A stretch of 64,000 nucleotides of DNA. It comes from Chlorokybus atmophyticus (Eukaryota; Plantae; Mesostigma and Chlorokybus algae). Positions 55,691-64,000 of the stretch are shown piece after piece. Numbering within the stretch: the first letter of the stretch is position 1; every line of letters begins with the position of its first letter. Location: the NCBI GenBank assembly GCA_009103225.1, contig RHPI01001043.1, positions 102,056 to 166,055 of the forward strand, read 5' to 3'. The notes under the pieces were generated by a model that was given only the letters and a program-made list of their open reading frames with translations, did not search any database and was not told the origin of the DNA. The position numbers were made by a program, and so were the translations under genes.

Positions 55691-58641
55691 GACTGCTCCT
55701 ATACACCTAACCCACTGCGCCCGCTTTTCAACGCCAACGACGCCAACGCCAACAACGACGCCGACGCCGACCACGTCGACTACAACGATGACGATAACAC
55801 CAAACCTTACAATGACTTTATTGCCTTGGTGGCGGTGTCGTTGGCGTGGGCGGCGGCGAAGGTCATTCGCTTTGGTGCACGAGATAAGGCTGTTGTAGCT
55901 GCTTCTGCTGCGCAAGTAAGCAGAAGTACTGGGCTTGCAGCGTGCTTGAAGCTAAGGTGTAGGGTTCTGGCGGCCTGCTTGTTTGCATGCATGGAGTTGT
56001 TGTGTTGGTTAACACTATAGACATGCTGGCTGCGCGCACTCAAGCAGGCTTGCGCAGCTTGCATTTAGCAGAAGACTGAGCTGTGCATATGCACAAGCAT
56101 GCGGGTGCCTTGGCCAACAGCAAGCCAAGTCACAGGCTGAGCACATGCTTGCTGGGTGCTCTCGTTAGCGAGCAAACATGAATTGCCAAGCAACTTGTTG
56201 TACCATGGCAGCTGTCATTGCACTAGCCAGTTTGAGAGGTAGCCTTGCCACTGTCGTGGCCAGCGCAGGGGCGGAGCGGTAAATGATGATAACCAAGTGT
56301 AACAGCATGCAGCGCAGGCTTGCATGTCTCAGCTCAGTTGTAAGCCATGCTGTCCGGCGCAGTCTTCGAGCCAACGCAGACCCTGTCAAGATTCCCTACT
56401 AGAGCATGCCCTTGCAGGGTCCTGAGGCAGTCCATAGATGCTCGTGTAGTCTGTTGAGTTGAATCCATCGTTATGCCCAACCGGCATAACACGCTTACAG
56501 CGCACGCATGCAGAGAGAGGCACACAGAGACGCAGACATGCATAATATTACCCTCGACGTTCTTATGCATGCATGCACAGATGGGCTAACTCAACTTGCC
56601 TCTCGATGGTTGGCAACAATTGGTCTAACTCTGTGCACACTCACACAGGGCAGTAGGAGTACAGTAGGGTATAGAGTAGAGTTGGCCCGGTGGTTGCATA
56701 TGGAACATGCAGGTGCGTCGAATTGTTTGCATGCAGTGGATGTTGTGCAAATGCATGTCGATGTCAGTTGCTCGCATATCCTATACACGCACACACATGC
56801 ACGCAGGAGCGCGCGCGCACGCACACATACACACATACACACAATGGGCATACCCCTATCGCATTTTCTGTACACATGTGTTTGCACACAACAATGGAGA
56901 CGTGCAGGCACAAGCGCATGCATGTGCGACGTTGCTTACGTGTTACATAGCGGCAGCGATGCAGAAGAGTGAGGACCTCCTTGCGAGCATGTTACCAGTT
57001 GAGCAATTGAACATTTTGTCATGGCAGAAGCAACCGCAAGCATTGCACCAGGCTGCAGATAAGTACACACAGCAGCCTAGTGCACATTCTTACCGCAGGA
57101 CTCATAACACACAAGAGTTGCATTGTAAGTAAGCTCAAAGAGTGGTAATCGTGCACGTGCAACAATAGATAGGGCAAATAAGCAACCAAACACACGGTTT
57201 GTGGGGGTCAAGACAGAATTCAACTCTAGGACCATACGAAAACCGCATCACATGTATCCAGTGAAGCACGCAAGCGAAGCATTGAGCTGCACTTAGCTTT
57301 ATGTGGGCCACGATAGCTAAGGCAACGTCCGACGCAGATGTAGCCAGGCCAGGACATAGTGGCTCTCATCATGGCAAGCGCTCCACTGCAGCCACCTCAT
57401 GCTCCAGCAATGCCGAATCCTACGCACGCTATAATGCGCAGCCTATAGCCAAAACCTACACAAGTAGCCTGACATCTTCCGCAATCTGAACTGTACAGCA
57501 AATACCAATTACAACGCAATCCATTGATTTAACATGGGAATGTGCATATTAAGGAGCCTTGCAATGCAACACTTACAAATGCAAGCAATGGTAGTTTCAA
57601 CCAACCCACGCAAGATACGTTACAAGTTAACTGGCCATTAATACATGACGTGTCATATATAAGAACTTGAACTACACAAACAAACAATAGAGTTGCTTAA
57701 CAAGCAAACTCAAAGCAAAGCTGACATTGCAAGCAAGCAGATGTTGAGCACACAAAGCACAGCAGCATAAATTAACATGGGGGCCAAGGTAGAGCTAGCA
57801 CAACAGACCAACCAATCAAGACACTCGCTACACAATTAGACCCTCATAGGAGAGATAGCAGGCAGCAGGCAGGCATGCAGATTATGACGCAAGATGAGCA
57901 ACCTGCAGAGCGCAGGGAGAGAGAGAAGGTAGAGGTCAGGTCCGGGCAGGAGCAGGAGCAGCATGCACGACGATAGACTTGACCAACGCCTAGACTTGGC
58001 CCCCAGCGTCCATCTCTGCGCGGTGTTTGGGCTATGGCGCCGCCACCTCACCTTCAATCTTATAACCCTGTTGCTCAGACCTGTAGGGCAAATAGGCTGC
58101 AGGCTGTATGTTGTTAGGGTTGTAGGGGTTCCACCAACAGTGTATCGGCATACACCGCAAGGCCCACATCATGATGTCATAATATCACAAAAGCATAACA
58201 GCACACAAGTACAACAGCATAACACCAGCACAGCATAGCAGTATGATAGCATGACATCATCATTCACAAAAGCATGACCATAATATACATGCGAGCAAGA
58301 TTCCCTGCTCCCTGCACTTCTCACCTGCAACTCAGCTGACTTACTTGCTTGTTGATGTAGTTGCTGCTAGTTTCTTCACCATCAACTGGAACAAGTAGTT
58401 GTAGCTCATCATGGACGCTGCCGTGATGTCTTACCATCCACCTGCGCAACTTAGCCAACAACGTGTGCTTGTTATAGCCCTATTCTTCATACTTGTGAGC
58501 TGCCTCACCATGTTCTTGATATAGTGCAACCTGTGTGTAGACAAATGCTAAAAGTTAATGCACTGTGACATTACTACCCCCAATTTGGCTTGCAATGAGA
58601 TGTTTTAAAGTGAATGGGGTGCACGTCTGTGTGGGATGTTC

Positions 58642-60010
58642 TCAAACTGTTGCATCCAGCGTGGAATACACGCGAGAACACAAAGTAATATCTTGTATCT
58701 TAAAATTTGTCATGGCCAGAAAGTCAGCCGGCGTACCGGCTGCCAACTGGGTTGGTGTCAATGTGCCCTGCGGATAAACGCCACCTTCAAGCACAGTGTC
58801 CCTCGCATACATGACATTATTCAAATAAGCAACATCAATGATGAGGACGTCATCCACATACCAAACTATGCACTTGCACCACTTGCATAGCTTGTCCTCG
58901 CGGCCCGAGGCCTTGAGTGCACGAACAAAGGTTGGTTTCTTAGAGCTTAAATACAAGTTTGCAAGATATACCCCCGCGTTACTGCCCATAGGGATTCCCA
59001 CTGCCTGCTTGTGCAGCTGGTCCCCTGCACTGTTAACATAATAGTTGTCAAGCAGGTAAGCCAGCAGCACAGTTAAAGACTCAGCTATGTAGAACTTGCA
59101 GCTGTTCGTGTCCCTGTATAGCGCACTGTGCCGGACCCACTAGTGCTGTACAACACCCCTTTCAGACATTTACTTGAGCAACGTATATCCTCTGCAATGT
59201 CGCAGCCAATGTGAACTGTTCAGATAGCAATTGCGACATGCATGCCAAGAGGTCGTGACAAATGTTAGTGTAAAGGTTGATAAGATTAAATGACACCATC
59301 TGCACAGGGACAAGCTTATATGTCACCGAGCGTGTTGTATTGCAGTGCTACAGTAGTCTTTGCGGTTACAACTGGCAGTGCCACATCTCTCGACCATAAT
59401 TGGTCGAACACAGCGGCCACCACCTTGTATGTTCGTGTCAACCAAATGCTCACAACTTGTTGAACAGAATGAGGTGTTGTAGGCCACCACTACAAAGCGG
59501 GGCTTTGGAGGGTTCTTGTGTAGCTTGAGTGTCAAGTACAAATGTGGCAATTTTGCCCGCTTGCTGGTTTGAGTGATAAGCATGTGTGACACAAAAGGTT
59601 TTGTGCCACTGTAGCATTTGATCAGATTATGATCTCTTGGTTCTATCACCAACTCATATATAGGAATTTCGAGTTCATCCCGTAGCAGGCACAGGCAGTA
59701 GGACTTACACAAAATAGCAAAGACTACATTGCATTTATCAAATAATATCCACTTTCGTAATTACATGCATCTTATAGCACGCGTACCATTGGGGGATCAC
59801 AAGCAGTGTAGGTGGGGGCATGGTTGGGTGGCAGCTGTTATGTGTTGATAGTGGCCATAATTGCCCTCACCTCCTGCACCACAGCTTGTGCCCAACAATT
59901 GGACAGACCTGAACACCCCTGTTGCGCTGACAACTGGTCAGAGCAACAGAAAGCATGCACAACTCCAACCATATCATTAGCACACGCATCACCACACAGT
60001 GCTGCGGGCG
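58642..60010 (-). mobile_element. Second, degraded Penelope-like (Naiad/Chlamys-type) RT copy with frameshifts and stops
   Basis: In order: GTKYRPP, FDKCNVVFAILCKSYCLCLLRDEL (DKAxNNxxxVCKxxYxxxLxxEL motif), LPHLYLTLKLHKNPPKPRF, QAVGIPMGSNAGVYLANLYL, WYVDDVL, GGVYPQG and DFL. Confidence 0.85.
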
Positions 60011-60267
60011 GCCTGTACTTGGTGCCTGCAGTGTACAGTGCAACATTGCTGTTTGGAGCACACCATAATTACAGGTCACAACTTGGTGTAACTATGCATG
60101 GATGTAATTGACAAAATGCGCATCACCACACTAGCATTATGTCGTCACCATTGCCTCCGGTTCGTGCATAGTCATATGCAAAGCAATGCGTGAACGATTG
60201 CAGATAACATGGTTAAAGGCTTTCTTGTATCTCCAATAGATGACATGCGCCTGCAGGGCAGATGCAT

Positions 60268-61101
60268 TCAGTCAGTCAGTGTGCATCCGTCAGACCCTAC
60301 ATCCACAAGCTTGGCTGCATGTAGCTGCTTGCTTACACTTTCAGACCGCGTTGCTTTGGTAGACTTTGCTGGCGTTTGTGGAACTGAAGGCTGGCCGTTC
60401 TTCTTGGAGGATGATTCTTGTCTTGGCTTTTTTGCTGGGGTCTCAGCTGCTGGTGGTTCCTCCTCCTCTGATTCCTCCTCATCCGACACCTCCTGCTCCT
60501 CCTCCTGCTCCTCCTCCTTCCCCTTGTCCTTCTGCTCTGATGCAGCTGGATTGGGAGGATGCGTGTACACCCATTTGTGCCCGGTTGAAGTCTTCTCCAG
60601 CTTCCATCCTTCGGGGGGGCCGCTAGGTCCCCAATCTTCCGGTTTTGCCAAGTGCTCACCGTCCTGTATGGGTAGTTACTTCAGCTTTAAAGATACATAA
60701 ACAGACAGAGATGCATAATAGACAGAGATACATACAGCTAGCAGCAGCATACCTACAGCAGCAGCATACATACAGATAGCAGCTTGAACACAGACAATAA
60801 AACTTGCAAAAATGCAGCTATGTAAGCATGAACCAAGCAAGCTCACCTTTATCTGCTGCACAACTTGGTCGGTGAGCTGCTGCAACTCGGAGCCGTGAGG
60901 GAGCTTCTCCTTGGGCGTTGCTCCTGGCAGTTTCTCAAACTGTTCAGGGCCCACACGAATCTTGGTGCAGGTGAGGGAGCCAATGTGCTGCTTGACCTTG
61001 CTGACAACGGACCTCTGCAACAAGACTTGACAATATTTGCAGCGCCAAGGCTGCTCTGCACCAGACTGCCAGTATGCACTAGCCTCTGCCTTGCCCTTCA
61101 T
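60268..61101 (-). CDS. Small protein with a BED-like zinc finger, a WW/MBD-like motif and an acidic tail; 3' end uncertain
   Basis: MKGKAEASAYW...PWRCKYCQVLLQRSVVSKVKQHIGSLTC...|DGEHLAKPEDWGPSGPPEGWKLEKTSTGHKWVYTHPP...EEEQEEEQEVSDEEESEEEE...KKPRQ. Confidence 0.6.
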
Positions 61102-61234
61102 GCTTGCTATGCTCAATACGCTGCAACAGCTCAACGCTTCACAAACCGAGGCCACCAAGCACGCCGCCGCCACACACAGGAATAGCCGTTGTATGTCCTA
61201 TGTATGCTGCTGTGGCTATTTATTACTCAGGAAT

Positions 61235-61263
61235 CCTAACCCTAACCCTAACCCTACCCTAAC
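61235..61263. repeat. Interstitial telomere-type repeat (CCTAAC)n, i.e. TTAGGG
   Basis: CCTAAC CCTAAC CCTAAC CCTAC CCTAAC lies between two divergent start codons. Confidence 0.85.
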
Positions 61264-61499
61264 TTGTGCGCAGCTGACTTCTGCGCAGTAAGACTCCGAA
61301 GAAGCACAGCTGTCCGCAGTGCTTCGGCGGCGGCGGTGGCGGCGGCGGAGGTGGCGGTAGTGAAGGTGGTGGCGGGAGTGAAATCGGTGGTTGACTGTTT
61401 TGCGTCTTGGCGTTTCCGGGCCTACTTGCTAGGTTGCGGTGCTGGAAGCTGTTTCTAGCTGCTACCAAGCTGCAAGGTTGTGTGCTGCTCTCAAGCACA

Positions 61500-63881
61500 A
61501 TGTCAGTGTATAGGATGAGCGTTGAGCTTATCTCCAAACGGGTAGCTAAATTGTTGAGAGGGGTTCCAAGTGCACAAGCAATAGCGGAGAAGTTCAAGGA
61601 GGAAGAGATTGATGGAGAAGCTTACTACAGCCTCTCAGCAGAAATTCTTGCACAGATCACACCTAGGCTGAGCATTGCTTCGCGGATCCTTGAAGACGTG
61701 CAGAAGTTGAACAGGGATGAGCCGAGGTTGCAAGCTGAAGATGAAGAGGAGCAAGACGAGGCGGGAGCACAACCTGGGGACACAGGTGTGCTTGCTTTCA
61801 ACTAGTCTGCTGCCAAGCTGCTGGTGCAACTTAATTGCTCCTGCAGCTGAAGCTCTGCTTGCTCATTGGTGTGCTTTGGTCTACAGCTTCAGTCAAGCTG
61901 AAACTACAACTCAATTGAACCTGCGGCTTGGCTGGAGCTGCAGCTTGAGTAAAAGCTGCATATCGGCTTTCTACCAAGCAGAGCCTCAGCCAAGCCGCAG
62001 CTGCAGTTTAGCTGGAGTGGTAGGTTGGGTGAAGCTCTACTTTTTTGTATTTTGTACGCTTCGGTCTGCAGCTTCAGTCAAGCAACAGCGTTAGCCAAGC
62101 CGCAACTGCAACATAGCTGAAGCTGCAGCTTGGCTAAAGCTCTGCTTGCTTTGCTCTCTTTTGCAAGTGCCATGCGCTGACTGTTGGCCTTGTGCGCAGG
62201 AGCTGTTGATGAAGTTAACTGCGAAGACGAGTCAGAGGCAGTCAAGAAGGCAAAGCTGGAGGAAAAGTGCTTTGCCCCTGTCGCTGACAAGCCTAGGGGA
62301 CTAGAGCTAAATGGGCAAGCTTACTTGAAGAAGAAGGACGAGACACAGTGGAGAATACAGGAGGACAACCGCAAGCTTCTAAAGGAGAAGCTGTGGGCCA
62401 AGTTCCCAGACCACTGTGTTGGCAGGAGCTTCAATCGGGCCGGCCCAGATTATGACATGAGGGAGGAGGTGGTGGCGGATGTAATGCAGAATCACACTCC
62501 GCTGGAGATCAATGGACAGACATTGCGCTGGCCTGCAAGTAAGTAATCTGCGTCTGCCTATGTGCATGTGCGTTTATATGCCACCTGCCAGATGTCTTGT
62601 GCTTCCTGCAGAATGACTGCTCACTGCCTCTTGTTTGCAGAATGGATTCGTGAGCAAATCCGCCGGTTTGTGGATAATGCAAGACGGGGCCATCCATTAA
62701 CGCCAGGCGAAACGGTAGGCTTGACCCGTGAGCAGCGCAAGGAGAAGATGCGCGCTGCACGCGCTGAGAAGCGCGCTGACGCAGAGGAGCCAGCTCCACG
62801 CCGCTCGCGCACAGACTACGGGCTTGGCCCACATTTCACCGTTGCAGACTTTCCCTCCAGCCAAAATGCTGTGCTGCTTGCCTTGTTGACTGCTGAGCCG
62901 CCTTCTCAAGCGCAGCTGCGTGAGGACTGGGTGGCTTTCAGGTACGCCATTTATCCTCTTGCACAAGGCCTTTGCACCCGCACTCGTAAGGAATTCATAT
63001 GCGGCTGGTGCTGCAGACCCGCAGGAGATGCTGCAAGCACCAGCGGCAGCAGCAGCCGCAGGGTTGTGGCTGTTGGGCGCGGTCAAGTACTGGAGGTGCT
63101 TGAGCAAGAGACTCCTTGGCGCAGCTACAAAGTGAAGGTGCTGGAGTGGTACAACGCCAAGGGTATCGGTGATCAACGCGTCTACATGCCAGTACGTGAC
63201 ACGGACGGGTATGCTGGCCAGATGACCGGGGACGAGCACTTGTGCAGCAATATCTTGGTGAGCGTAGTAGAGTGTGTGCTGCGGCACAGCACATTGCAAG
63301 CGTAACTGCAAGGAAGATTATATGCGTGACATGCAATGCGGCTGCTTGAGTGATGCAGGGACGCAGTTGTGCTTGGCCTGCATCCTTGGTAGCCCCGTCT
63401 GCAGTCTGCCCTTGCTCAGACTGCTCTTCAGGCGACTGCATTGCAGAAGTCACCCCAAGATGCGTTCGCGCGCTCGTGGTTGACAAGCGCGTGCAGCCAG
63501 AAGACCAGCATGACATCAATCAGAGGGTAAGAACGTTGCAGTGGGCTGTAACGTGTGCAGCATGCTTGCATGATGCACACTTGTAACAATTCTTGCTTGC
63601 AGATCAATCGTTGCTCTGACCACCTCATGCACTTGGCTGGCATCTGCTGCAATACCTTGTGCGCCAATGTTCCCAACCGCGAGAGCTTGCTGGAGGTGTA
63701 CACTTCCTGGAGGGGGACATACGGGACGCAGATTGGGAGGCTACCGAAGGAGGACCATCTGCTTGCAAAGTTCACTGACTCGCAGATCGGTCTCATGCTT
63801 GTTACATTTGCAGTCAACAAGCGCTGGCTGGTACAGGATGACTCTGGAGAAGCACGCTATGGCTGGCACTGGAATAGTTAA
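61500..63881 (+). CDS. SAM-domain protein with uncharacterised C-terminal domains, multi-exon; possibly transposon accessory
   Basis: IAEKFKEEEIDGEAYYSLSAEILAQI is SAM-like. Further exons at about 62200-62540, 62641-63260, 63400-63527 and 63603-63881 have GT-AG borders; stop at 63879-63881. Confidence 0.65.
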
Positions 63882-64000
63882 ACCAAGCGCCAACCCGGTC
63901 CATAATTGGGTACCAAGGTGAAGACCTTCGCTCAACTTTTTTGCAGCACCCAGTCTAGCTTCCATGCAGCTTCCATGCAGCTTCCTTGCAGCCGCCATGC

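Noticed and set aside
58108-58130. Degenerate TTAGGG near the 3' side of the second PLE, suggesting telomere-associated insertion
   Set aside because: Only one perfect unit, which is not distinguishable from background.
60129-60133. CACTA pentamer as a CACTA transposon terminus for the BED/SAM pair
   Set aside because: A 5-mer is expected by chance; no sub-terminal repeats or partner end are visible in the window.

Overview
Intron-rich eukaryotic genomic DNA, inferred to be from a green alga or early-diverging streptophyte alga. The basis is plastid-transit-peptide SufS, GGPS and PGM48 genes, plant-type EDR2-C, Agenet, PRISE and LEA genes, and short GT-AG introns rich in TGCA/CATG/(CA)n. About 14 cellular genes can be pieced together by hand: an EDR2-C/DUF1336 protein (5' partial), a DEG/ENaC-like two-TM protein, SufS, an Agenet+ePHD chromatin reader, GGPS, a VEP1/PRISE reductase, an unknown Cys-cluster protein, two LEA proteins, a monoacylglycerol-lipase-like hydrolase, a G8/TMEM2-like surface protein, a PGM48 peptidase, and a divergent BED-finger / SAM-domain pair. 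Mobile DNA comprises an apparently intact pogo/Fot1-type DD35D transposon (23-bp TIRs, TA TSD), two degraded Penelope-like (Naiad/Chlamys-type) RT copies with an associated dispersed repeat family, and a MITE-like inverted repeat. The best leads are the DEG/ENaC-like channel candidate, the modular G8 protein, the intact transposon, the Penelope-like locus with a nearby triple-hairpin cassette, and the telomere-repeat-centred divergent gene pair. Exon boundaries were inferred by eye and are approximate. No database searches were run, so family calls rest on motif recognition.
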